Assembly: GCF_000027325.1 (NCBI RefSeq)
Contig: NC_000908.2
Coordinates: 259,428 to 283,427 of the forward strand
DNA length: 24,000 bases
Reading direction: 5' to 3'
Source: Mycoplasmoides genitalium G37
GTDB taxonomy: Bacteria; Bacillota_I; Bacilli_A; Mycoplasmatales; Mycoplasmoidaceae
The notes beneath the pieces are model-generated. The model was not told the DNA's origin. It made no database searches and saw only the letters and a program-made list of their open reading frames with translations. Below are positions 1-10,977 of the stretch, piece after piece; the stretch's first letter is position 1; each line of letters starts with the position of its first letter. A program made the translations under genes and the position numbers.

Positions 1-3000
1 GGTTAATGAATATAAAAACTTCCAGTTCCAAAAGAACCACATGGTTGATAAGGTTAGTGAACTTGATAACTTAACCCGTTTTTATAAGAATGAACTAACC
101 CGCTTACAACAAGAAAACGCTGATTTTCTCAACTCCAAGTATGCTAATTTAGCTAACTTCCAAGCTAACTACCACAATAAACTAAATGATTTTCACCGCT
201 TAATAGAAAATCAAAACCAAACCATTAACCGCTTAAACCAAAAGATTAATGGTAACCAAAATCTGATTGATAATAACGTTGCTTTACTGCAAAACCCCAA
301 CATCACAGTTGAAAAAAAGAACTACTTACTAAATGTTATTGATCAACTTTACAATGAGCTTGATCAACTTGAGAATCAAAAAAGATTATTAAGTATTGAG
401 TATGAAAATACCTATAGAGAGTTAGTTAGTGCAGATAATGAACTGCAAAATGTTTATGAAAACATCGATCAAAATCAGATCCAGTTTAAACACCAATACC
501 AAACTTATAGAGATGAGTTAAGTCAACTTGAGCGCAAGATCCAGCTCACCAAACAAGAGTTAGTTGATAAAGAATCAGCACTAAGAGTAAAGATAGATGA
601 TGCTGATTTTTACATTAATGCCCGTTTAGCTGAACTTGATGATGTAGCTAAACAACTTAGCTTTCAAGATGGTATTACCAAGCAAAATGCTCAACATGTT
701 GAGGATAAGTTAGTTGCTTTAAACAAAGAAAAAGACCGTTTAAATACCCAAAAAGAGGCCTTTTTTAACTTAAGACAATCTGCTTTAATTGATATCAATA
801 AACTCCAGCAGGAAAATGAACTGTTTGCTAAGCACTTAGAACACCAGCAAAATGAGTTTGAACAAAAACAGTCTGATAGCCTCTTAAAGCTTGAAACTGA
901 ATATAAGGCTTTACAACACAAGATTAATGAATTTAAAAATGAAAGTGCCACTAAGAGCGAGGAACTTTTAAACCAAGAACGGGAACTATTTGAAAAACGC
1001 AGGGAAATTGACACGCTTTTAACCCAAGCATCTTTGGAATATGAACACCAACGTGAGTCAAGTCAACTACTCAAAGATAAGCAGAATGAAGTAAAACAAC
1101 ACTTCCAAAACTTAGAGTATGCTAAAAAGGAGCTAGACAAAGAAAGAAACCTCTTAGATCAACAAAAAAAAGTTGATAGTGAAGCAATCTTTCAACTCAA
1201 AGAAAAGGTTGCTCAAGAACGTAAGGAGCTTGAAGAACTATACCTTGTTAAAAAACAAAAACAAGATCAGAAGGAAAATGAACTGTTGTTTTTTGAAAAG
1301 CAGTTAAAACAACACCAAGCAGATTTTGAAAATGAATTGGAAGCTAAACAACAGGAGTTGTTTGAAGCTAAACATGCATTGGAACGTTCCTTTATCAAAC
1401 TTGAAGATAAAGAAAAAGATCTTAACACTAAAGCACAACAGATTGCCAATGAGTTTTCCCAACTAAAAACTGATAAGTCAAAGAGTGCTGATTTTGAACT
1501 AATGTTGCAAAATGAGTATGAAAACTTGCAACAAGAAAAACAAAAGTTATTCCAAGAACGTACTTACTTTGAAAGGAATGCTGCGGTTTTATCAAACCGG
1601 TTACAACAAAAACGTGAGGAGTTATTACAACAAAAAGAAACGCTTGATCAGCTTACAAAAAGCTTTGAGCAAGAACGGTTAATCAACCAAAGGGAACACA
1701 AGGAGTTGGTTGCATCAGTTGAAAAACAAAAGGAGATATTGGGCAAAAAACTCCAAGATTTTTCCCAAACTTCACTGAACGCTTCTAAAAATTTAGCTGA
1801 ACGGGAGATGGCAATCAAGTTTAAAGAAAAGGAGATAGAAGCAACTGAAAAGCAACTGTTAAATGATGTTAATAATGCTGAAGTTATCCAAGCAGACTTA
1901 GCACAACTCAACCAATCACTTAACCAAGAACGCAGTGAATTGCAAAACGCCAAACAAAGGATTGCTGATTTTCACAATGATTCACTAAAAAAACTCAATG
2001 AGTATGAACTTAGCTTACAAAAACGGTTGCAAGAATTACAAACCCTTGAGGCTAACCAAAAACAACATTCATATCAAAATCAAGCTTACTTTGAAGGTGA
2101 ACTTGATAAACTTAACAGAGAAAAACAAGCTTTTTTGAACTTACGTAAGAAACAAACTATGGAGGTTGATGCTATTAAACAAAGGTTGAGTGATAAACAT
2201 CAAGCTTTAAATATGCAACAAGCAGAGCTAGATAGAAAAACCCATGAGTTAAATAATGCTTTTTTAAACCATGATGCGGATCAAAAGAGTCTACAGGACC
2301 AACTAGCAACTGTTAAAGAGACCCAAAAACTAATTGATTTAGAACGTAGTGCACTGCTTGAAAAGCAACGTGAGTTTGCTGAAAATGTTGCTGGTTTTAA
2401 GCGCCATTGGTCTAATAAAACTAGTCAACTCCAAAAGATTTATGAACTGACCAAAAAACAGGAAAGTGAGCAAACCCAAAAGGAAACAGAACTAAAGATT
2501 GCTTTTAGTGATCTACAAAAAGACTATCAGGTTTTTGAACTCCAAAAGGACCAAGAATTTAGACAAATTGAAGCTAAGCAACGTGAACTTGACAAGTTAG
2601 CTGAAAAAAATAATCAGGTCAAACTAGAACTTGATAACAGGTTTCAAGCGCTGCAAAACCAAAAGCAAGACACAGTACAAGCTCAGCTAGAACTGGAACG
2701 TGAACAACACCAGTTAAACCTTGAGCAAACTGCTTTCAACCAAGCTAATGAATCACTTTTAAAACAACGTGAACAACTCACCAAAAAGATCCAAGCTTTC
2801 CACTATGAGTTGAAAAAGCGTAACCAATTCTTAGCTTTAAAAGGGAAAAGGTTGTTTGCAAAAGAGCAAGATCAACAACGCAAAGATCAGGAGATCAACT
2901 GACGCTTTAAACAGTTTGAAAAGGAATATACTGATTTTGATGAAGCTAAGAAAAGGGAACTTGAAGAGCTTGAAAAGATCAGAAGAAGTTTAAGTCAAAG

Positions 3001-5167
3001 CAACGTTGAATTAGAGAGAAAAAGAGAAAAACTGGCTACTGATTTCACTAATTTAAATAAGGTTCAACACAACACCCAAATTAACCGTGATCAACTTAAC
3101 AGTCAGATCAGACAGTTCTTATTAGAACGCAAAAACTTCCAACGCTTTAGTAATGAAGCTAATGCTAAAAAAGCCTTTTTAATTAAGCGCTTAAGAAGCT
3201 TTGCATCCAATCTAAAACTCCAAAAAGAAGCGTTAGCAATCCAAAAACTAGAGTTTGATAAGCGTGATGAACAACAGAAAAAAGAGTTACAGCAAGCTAC
3301 TTTACAACTAGAACAGTTCAAGTTTGAAAAGCAAAACTTTGACATTGAAAAACAACGCCAACTAGTTGCTATTAAAACTCAGTGTGAAAAACTTAGTGAT
3401 GAAAAAAAGGCACTAAACCAAAAGCTAGTTGAACTAAAAAACTTATCCCAAACCTATCTTGCTAATAAGAATAAGGCTGAATACTCCCAGCAACAACTCC
3501 AACAGAAATACACCAATTTACTTGATCTGAAGGAAAACTTAGAGAGAACCAAAGATCAATTAGATAAAAAACATCGTTCTATCTTCGCTAGATTAACTAA
3601 GTTTGCAAATGACTTACGTTTTGAAAAAAAGCAACTGTTAAAAGCACAGCGCATAGTTGATGATAAAAACCGTCTTTTGAAAGAAAATGAACGTAACCTC
3701 CATTTCCTTTCCAATGAAACAGAACGAAAACGAGCAGTTCTCGAAGATCAAATTTCTTACTTTGAAAAACAACGTAAACAAGCTACTGATGCGATCCTAG
3801 CATCACATAAAGAAGTTAAAAAGAAGGAAGGTGAACTGCAAAAGTTACTGGTTGAATTAGAAACAAGAAAAACCAAACTCAACAATGATTTTGCAAAATT
3901 CTCAAGACAACGTGAAGAGTTTGAAAACCAACGCTTAAAGCTCTTGGAACTGCAAAAAACCCTGCAAACCCAAACTAATTCCAACAACTTTAAAACCAAA
4001 GCAATCCAAGAGATTGAAAACAGTTATAAAAGGGGGATGGAAGAACTTAACTTCCAAAAGAAGGAGTTTGATAAGAATAAATCACGCTTATATGAATACT
4101 TTAGAAAGATGCGTGATGAGATTGAAAGAAAGGAAAGTCAGGTTAAGTTAGTTTTAAAAGAGACCCAAAGGAAAGCCAACCTCTTAGAAGCACAAGCCAA
4201 CAAACTTAACATTGAAAAAAACACTATTGACTTTAAAGAAAAAGAGTTAAAAGCCTTTAAAGATAAGGTTGATCAAGACATTGATTCAACCAATAAACAA
4301 CGCAAGGAGTTAAATGAGCTTTTAAATGAAAACAAGTTATTACAACAATCACTAATCGAAAGAGAAAGGGCTATTAATTCCAAAGATTCACTTCTAAATA
4401 AGAAGATAGAAACGATTAAACGCCAACTCCATGATAAGGAGATGCGGGTGTTGCGCTTGGTTGATAGAATGAAATTAGCAGAACAGAAATACCAAACAGA
4501 AATCAACCGCTTAAGAACCCAAACTTTCGATTCTGAAAAACAAGACATTAAAAACTTCTTCCCACCGTTATTTAAAATTAACGGTAATGATATGGCCTTT
4601 CCTTACTTGTACCCCTGACTATATCCTCAACAAAAGCAAGATGATAATACTCTGCAAATTCGTCAGCTTTTTGAACAGCAGCTGCAGTTCATGCAACAAC
4701 GCTATGAAAATGAGTTAAATGAATTGCGTAGACAACGTAATTTACTTGAGAAAAAACTTGATCAAATCCAACTAGAATCCCAACTTAATAATAAGCAAAG
4801 TGAGTTTAGTAAGGTGGAATCAATGATGGAAAAACTACTTGAAAAAACTGAGAGTAGGTTAAATGATTTTGATCAGAAAATTAACTATCTCACCAAGAAA
4901 GTTAACCAACACAACACCTATCAACCAAGTTCCTATCAACCAACTCCTTCTTATCAAGACAGTGATAAACAACAGTTGTTATTTAGAATCCAAGAACTGG
5001 AAAAACAAAACTTATTCCAACAACAATTTCAACCTGCACCAGCTGTTGTCCAACAACCTACTAGTTTTGCAGCCCCTAACATCACCAAACAACAGCAAAT
5101 TGCCCAACTTAATGCTGAAATTAACAACATTAAAAGGTTGATTGCCCAAAAAGCAGCAAGTAAATAA
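1..5167 (+). CDS. hmw2: Cytadherence high-molecular-weight protein 2 (HMW2, M. genitalium MG218); 5' end lies upstream of the window
   Basis: Track ORFs 41-2902, 3677-4618 and 4691-5167 share one frame (codons phased from nt 2). They are joined by in-frame TGA at 2900-2902 and 4616-4618, with no TAA or TAG between. About 1720 aa of E/K/Q/L/N-rich heptad-like coiled coil, one aromatic/Pro hinge and a Pro/Gln-rich C-terminus. Stop TAA 5165-5167. P41/P24 homologues lie downstream. Confidence 0.93.
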
Positions 5168-5169
5168 AG

Positions 5170-6210
5170 ATGGTTAATAATGAATATCAACAACTAAACA
5201 CTTTAGTTGAGAGTGATGATGAAGCGGATCTTGTGATTGCTAACCTAGTTAAACAACTCAATGAACTAAAGCAAATCCTTGTTTCACTAGATAATCAAGA
5301 AGCAAGTGCCACTGCAGTTACTGATAAAAAGGAAGAGGAATACAACCAAAACCAATCCAGTTTCCATAACTTCAGCAAAGAAACACTGCAAAAGCAAGCA
5401 AAACGTGGTTTTCTTTTACTGGAACGCTGTTCGTTGGTTGGGTTACAACAACTAGAGTTGGAGTATGTTAATTTGTTGGGCAGAAGTTTTGATTCTTATC
5501 AACAAAAAACAGAGCTTTTAAACAACTTAAAGGAGCTTGTTGATGAACATTTCAGTGATACTGAAAAAATTATCAATACCCTTGAAAAGATCTTTGATGT
5601 TATTGGCGGTAGTGAATATACCCCTGTCTTAAACTCGTTTTTTAACAAGCTTTTAAGTGATCCTGATCCAATCCAACGGGAAATTGGCTTAAGACAATTT
5701 ATCATCACTCTCCGTCAGCGCTTTAAAAAGTTATCACAAAAGATTGACAGTTCTCTCAAACAGATAGAAACAGAGGCTAAAATAGCCACTGAACAGGTTC
5801 AAAATAGTGAAGTGATGTTCGGTCCCCCTGATATTGCTAATGATCATGAGTTAAACCTGAACTGACCTGATAGTGAAACAGATGCTATCTTAAGTTCAAT
5901 GGAAAATGAATTGGAAGCTGCTTTATTAGCAAAACACCAAGAAGAACCACCGTTAATTGTTACCCCACCCAGCTTAATAAAACCAACTGTTAGTCAACCT
6001 GAAGTTGAAGTTGTTACACCTACTAACAACACTAATTTCCAACCCCAAGTTGATCTCAAACCTACTGATTTGAAAAAACAACAGAAGAAAAAACCACTTA
6101 ACTTTATTACCCGTCCTGTTTTCAAAAGTAATTTGCCACCGAAACTAAGTAAGGATGACATAGTTCATTATGCGCACCAGTTACTTGAAAAAAATACCCA
6201 TAATGAATAG
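5170..6210 (+). CDS. Terminal-organelle protein, homologue of M. pneumoniae P41 (MG_491, formerly MG218.1), 346 aa
   Basis: ORFs 5170-5865 and 5899-6210 are in the same frame, joined through TGA (Trp) at 5863-5865. The ATG lies 3 nt after the hmw2 stop. Acidic helical N-terminal part and Pro-rich C-terminal part. Position matches the hmw2-p41-p24 operon. Confidence 0.85.
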
Positions 6211-6616
6211 TGATAGTGATCTAAAACTCCAAAAGGTGTGGATCGAGCGGCATGTTGATCAAGATGAACTTAGTTTAACAACTACTGCAGTTGAACTTAA
6301 AAAGAGTGATGAACAAAAACCTGTTGCCATTAAAAGTAGTGACTTTATTGGTCATGAAGAGTTAATCTCTGTTCCAGTTTTACTAATCCCAACCCCTGTT
6401 GTTAAAGAGATTGATCAACCAGCAGTTATTCCTCCAGTTAAAGCAAAACCAAAAGCAACTAAAAAGAAAACTCCTGTTAAATCAAAACCAACTAGTAAAT
6501 CAACTAAACAAACAAAACCTAAACAATCCAAGCCCAAATCAAAACAAGTTCAACAAACCAAAGCTAAACCAACCCAAATTCAAACAAAAAAAAGCAATAA
6601 AAAAACCAGATCTTAA
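6170..6616 (+). CDS. Terminal-organelle protein, homologue of M. pneumoniae P24 (MG219), 148 aa; alternative start ATG 6203
   Basis: ORF 6170-6616 overlaps the previous gene by 41 nt, or by 8 nt if the start is ATG 6203. The C-terminal 60 aa is a K/P/T/Q-rich basic low-complexity tail. Stop TAA 6614-6616 sits in the loop of a terminator hairpin. Operon position supports the call. Confidence 0.8.
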   Translation: MRTSYLKKIPIMNSDSDLKLQKVWIERHVDQDELSLTTTAVELKKSDEQKPVAIKSSDFIGHEELISVPVLLIPTPVVKEIDQPAVIPPVKAKPKATKKKTPVKSKPTSKSTKQTKPKQSKPKSKQVQQTKAKPTQIQTKKSNKKTRS

Positions 6617-6628
6617 TCTGGTTTTTTT
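6599..6628. terminator. Bidirectional intrinsic terminator between convergent MG219 and MG220
   Basis: AAAAAAACCAGAT-cTTa-ATCTGGTTTTTTT forms a perfect 13-bp stem with a 4-nt loop. The A7 tract on one side and T7 tract on the other give a U-tail on either strand. It lies 20 nt from the MG220 stop on the - strand. Confidence 0.8.
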
Positions 6629-6647
6629 AGTGTTAACAACAGTAGTT

Positions 6648-6929
6648 TTAACTAAAAACTGGAAAGGAATAGGAAGAACTACCTGGGGTTAATCCTAGTT
6701 TAAACCGTGCGGTGTTAAAGTAATTGCTTTTAGAGCGATAACTATTATTTTTATTCTCATTATCATCATCAGAACCATTGGCATTAGCTGTGGTACTTTG
6801 AAAAATGTCATTTACTGCATGTGCAACCCCAGTAAGTGCATTAACTATCATAATAAGTCCTGCACTAAAAGTTCAGAAAGATAATCCACCAACAACTTGC
6901 TTAGCTTGTGCTTTTTCTAATTTATACAT
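6648..6929 (-). CDS. Small predicted membrane protein MG220 (93 aa), function unknown
   Basis: Track ORF 6648-6851 (-) extends upstream through an in-frame TGA (complement of 6872-6874) to an ATG (complement of 6927-6929). N-terminus MYKLEKAQAKQVVGGLSFWTFSAGLIMIVNALTGVAHAV is one hydrophobic helix, followed by a polar N/D/S-rich tail. AAGGAG (complement of 6934-6939) lies 4 nt upstream of the ATG. Confidence 0.75.
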
Positions 6930-6980
6930 ATAACTCCTTTTGTCTATTAATCACATCTAAATCTAAAAGTGCCAAAGTTT

Positions 6981-6986
6981 TATAAT
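6981..6986 (+). promoter_or_regulatory. Candidate -10 box (TATAAT) for the tRNA gene
   Basis: A perfect TATAAT hexamer ends 9 nt before the first tRNA nucleotide, implying an almost leaderless precursor. No clear -35 element. Confidence 0.5.
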
Positions 6987-6995
6987 TGATCAACT

Positions 6996-7072
6996 GTCAT
7001 CATAGCTCAATAGGACAGAGTATCAGCTTGCGGAGCTGAGGGTTACAGGTTCGATTCCTGTTGGTGACGCCA
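6996..7072 (+). tRNA. tRNA-Arg, anticodon GCG, CCA encoded
   Basis: Hand-folded cloverleaf. Acceptor GTCATCA/TGGTGAC (one G-U pair). D stem GCTC/GAGT with an AATAGGACA loop (GG present, A at the position 20 equivalent). Anticodon stem TCAGC/GCTGA with loop TT-GCG-GA (U33, G37). T stem ACAGG/CCTGT with a TTCGATT loop. Discriminator G followed by CCA. Confidence 0.85.
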
Positions 7073-7084
7073 TTAACTTTATTT

Positions 7085-7116
7085 GCCTATCAGTTAAATA
7101 ACTGGTAGGCTTTTTT
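7085..7116 (+). terminator. Intrinsic terminator after the tRNA
   Basis: GCCTATCAGTT-aaat-AACTGGTAGGC forms an 11-bp stem with one G-U pair, followed by TTTTTT (7111-7116). Confidence 0.8.
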
Positions 7117-7148
7117 ATTGTTTTGTAGTTTATCAAGGGTTAATTTAA

Positions 7149-8583
<1,435 letters not shown>

Positions 8584-8584
8584 T

Positions 8585-9820
8585 ATGTACAAACCAAAAA
8601 ATATTAACAGCGTATTAACCTTTTATAAGGATCAGATCCAACTGGTTGTTAGTGATGATCAAAACCAGTTCAACATCTTGTTTTACCAAACAATTGATAA
8701 CGATGGCTTTTATTCAAAACAACAGTTGAAAAACAAACTAAGACTCAAGTTAGCATTAAACCAACTAGTTGATCAAGCTAACTATTTTCTTGGTTTTAAA
8801 CTGGAAAAGGTAGTTGTTGTTCTCGCTGAACTGATTGATGATTTGAAGATCCATAATTTCAAGAGTGAGATCTTTTTTACTGGTTATGATTTTGATCATA
8901 AAGCGATGATTAAAAAAGAAAAACAACGCTTTTGTGAGCAAAATAACCAACTAACAGTTATGGATACAATGGTTTTAAACTACCATGATGTTATTAACAA
9001 TAAGATCACCAAAAGCTTTGCATTTAACAAGAGCTATGTAGCTAATTTAGTGGCATATTCCTCTAAAAGTAACCTGATCGGGGAGTTGAAGTTCTTTTTA
9101 AAAAGAAACGTTAATCTTAAGGTTAAGAAAATTATTAGTCACCACTTAGCATTAGCCAACTCCTTAAGTAAGAAACAAAACAACATGTTTGTTTATTTAG
9201 GACAAAAAACTACTGAACTGATGCTATTTATGGACAATGCTTTAGTTGATGTTATTACCAACCAGTTTGGTAAAAACCACTTTATTGATATTCCAGCTAA
9301 CCAGGAAAACAAACCACTGCTTGAGTTTTTAGTTGATAACACCACTAAGATTGGTGATTGTTATTCGCTTGGTATGACCTATACAGATGGTGATAGTTAC
9401 AAAGAGATTAAGGCTTTGACTATTGGTGATTTAATGCAAACAGTTAGTGACAAGATCAAAACCTTAATTGATTTTATTAACAGTGGTTCTCTAACTTTTT
9501 TCAACAAGTTTAAAACCTTACCTAAGCTATTGTATTTTTATACAAGATCAAAACAAATTACCAACCTTTTTCAAGCTAATGTTGCACTTATCAATCCCCA
9601 GTTTAAAACTGTTGATATTTATAAGAACAAGATCCAGTTTATTAGTGAAAACTACCTGTTAAGCTGTGAAGCGATTAGCTTGCAGATTACCAATAGAATC
9701 AAAAACCAAATTAGTTTTGATTTCACAAATGCTGATAATATTCAAAAACCTAAACCAAAAAAACACTTCATGATCTTATCAAAACACCTAACAAAGTTTG
9801 TCCAACGCTTGGTTAAATAA
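8585..9820 (+). CDS. MG223, conserved hypothetical protein in the ftsA position of the division cluster (candidate divergent FtsA-like protein), 411 aa
   Basis: ATG 8585 lies 1 nt after the rsmH stop; the track's upstream GTG at 8552 is less likely. It sits between rsmH and ftsZ. The segment FVYLGQKTTELMLFMDNAL...FGKNHFIDIP resembles the FtsA phosphate-2 region VVDIGGGTMDIAVY..GGAL...G..VTSDIA. Confidence 0.6.
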   Translation: MYKPKNINSVLTFYKDQIQLVVSDDQNQFNILFYQTIDNDGFYSKQQLKNKLRLKLALNQLVDQANYFLGFKLEKVVVVLAELIDDLKIHNFKSEIFFTGYDFDHKAMIKKEKQRFCEQNNQLTVMDTMVLNYHDVINNKITKSFAFNKSYVANLVAYSSKSNLIGELKFFLKRNVNLKVKKIISHHLALANSLSKKQNNMFVYLGQKTTELMLFMDNALVDVITNQFGKNHFIDIPANQENKPLLEFLVDNTTKIGDCYSLGMTYTDGDSYKEIKALTIGDLMQTVSDKIKTLIDFINSGSLTFFNKFKTLPKLLYFYTRSKQITNLFQANVALINPQFKTVDIYKNKIQFISENYLLSCEAISLQITNRIKNQISFDFTNADNIQKPKPKKHFMILSKHLTKFVQRLVK

Positions 9821-9822
9821 CT

Positions 9823-10932
9823 ATGGATGAAAATGAAACTCAATTCAACAAGTTAAACCAAGTTAAAAACAAGCTGAAAATTGGTGTTTTTGGGATTGGA
9901 GGTGCTGGTAATAACATTGTTGATGCATCACTTTATCACTATCCTAATTTAGCAAGTGAAAACATCCACTTTTATGCTATAAATTCAGATTTACAACACC
10001 TTGCATTTAAAACGAATGTTAAAAATAAACTCTTAATTCAAGACCATACTAACAAGGGCTTTGGAGCGGGGGGTGATCCAGCTAAAGGAGCTAGTTTAGC
10101 AATAAGCTTTCAAGAACAGTTTAATACACTTACAGATGGGTATGATTTTTGTATCTTAGTTGCTGGATTTGGTAAGGGTACTGGTACAGGTGCTACCCCA
10201 GTTTTTAGCAAGATCTTAAAAACTAAGAAGATCTTAAATGTTGCTATTGTTACCTATCCATCTTTAAACGAGGGATTAACAGTGAGAAACAAAGCCACTA
10301 AGGGGCTTGAAATTCTCAACAAAGCAACTGATAGTTACATGCTATTTTGTAATGAAAAATGTACAAATGGTATCTACCAACTAGCAAACACAGAGATAGT
10401 CAGTGCCATTAAAAACCTAATAGAACTAATTACTATTCCTTTGCAGCAAAACATTGATTTTGAAGATGTACGTGCCTTTTTTCAAACCAAAAAAACTAAC
10501 CAAGATCAACAGCTTTTTACTGTTACTCACCCCTTTAGTTTTAGCTTTGATAGTAAAGATAGTATAGAACAGTTTGCTAAACAGTTTAAGAACTTTGAAA
10601 AAGTTAGTTATTTTGACCACTCTATAGTAGGAGCTAAAAAAGTGTTATTGAAAGCTAACATTAACCAAAAGATAGTCAAGCTTAACTTCAAGCAGATCCA
10701 AGATATTATCTGAACTAAAATTGACAACTACCAACTTGAGATTAGGTTAGGGGTTGATTTTGTGACAACCATCCCTAATATCCAAATTTTTATCCTCAGT
10801 GAACACAAAAATCCAGTTTCGCTTCCCATTGATAATAAATCAACTGAAAACAACCAAAATAAGTTGAAACTTTTAGATGAGCTGAAAGAACTTGGCATGA
10901 AATATGTTAAGCACCAAAACCAAATCTACTAA
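9823..10932 (+). CDS. ftsZ: Cell division GTPase FtsZ (MG224), 369 aa
   Basis: Contains GIGGAGNNIV (T1 loop), GFGAGGDPAKG, GFGKGTGTGATP (tubulin signature) and NIDFEDV (T7 loop). Track ORF 9823-10713 continues through TGA (Trp) at 10711-10713 to TAA at 10930-10932. Confidence 0.93.
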
Positions 10933-10977
10933 TTAATTTAATTTATCGTTTAGAATTGCTATCTTAAGCAATAGTTT

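Noticed and set aside
691-4548. Six antisense ORFs of 60-107 aa opposite hmw2 (691-1014, 1267-1449, 1648-1953, 3103-3345, 3757-3999 and 4273-4548, all on the - strand).
   Set aside because: They are the complement of a GAA/AAA/CAA/TTA-rich coiled-coil gene, which rarely produces stops on the opposite strand. The products are Ser/Cys/Phe/Leu low-complexity strings with no start context.
4863-5141. A 92-aa alternative-frame + strand ORF inside the hmw2 tail.
   Set aside because: It lies entirely within the well-supported hmw2 frame, has a low-complexity product, and has no independent signal.
6586-6605. A8 and A7 homopolymer runs at the 3' end of MG219, considered as a possible phase-variation switch.
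   Set aside because: The A7 run is one arm of the terminator stem, and the A8 run encodes Lys codons of a Lys-rich tail. There is no evidence of slippage-based regulation from this sequence alone.
6399-6692. A 97-aa alternative-frame ORF overlapping MG219 and running through the terminator.
   Set aside because: It is a frame-shifted reading of the K/P-rich tail. It crosses a strong hairpin terminator and has no support.
10955-10972. A small inverted repeat, ATTGCT-N6-AGCAAT, between ftsZ and MG225, considered as a possible terminator or operator.
   Set aside because: It has only a 6-bp AT-rich stem and no T-tract. It overlaps a TAGAAT -10-like hexamer and is too weak to call.
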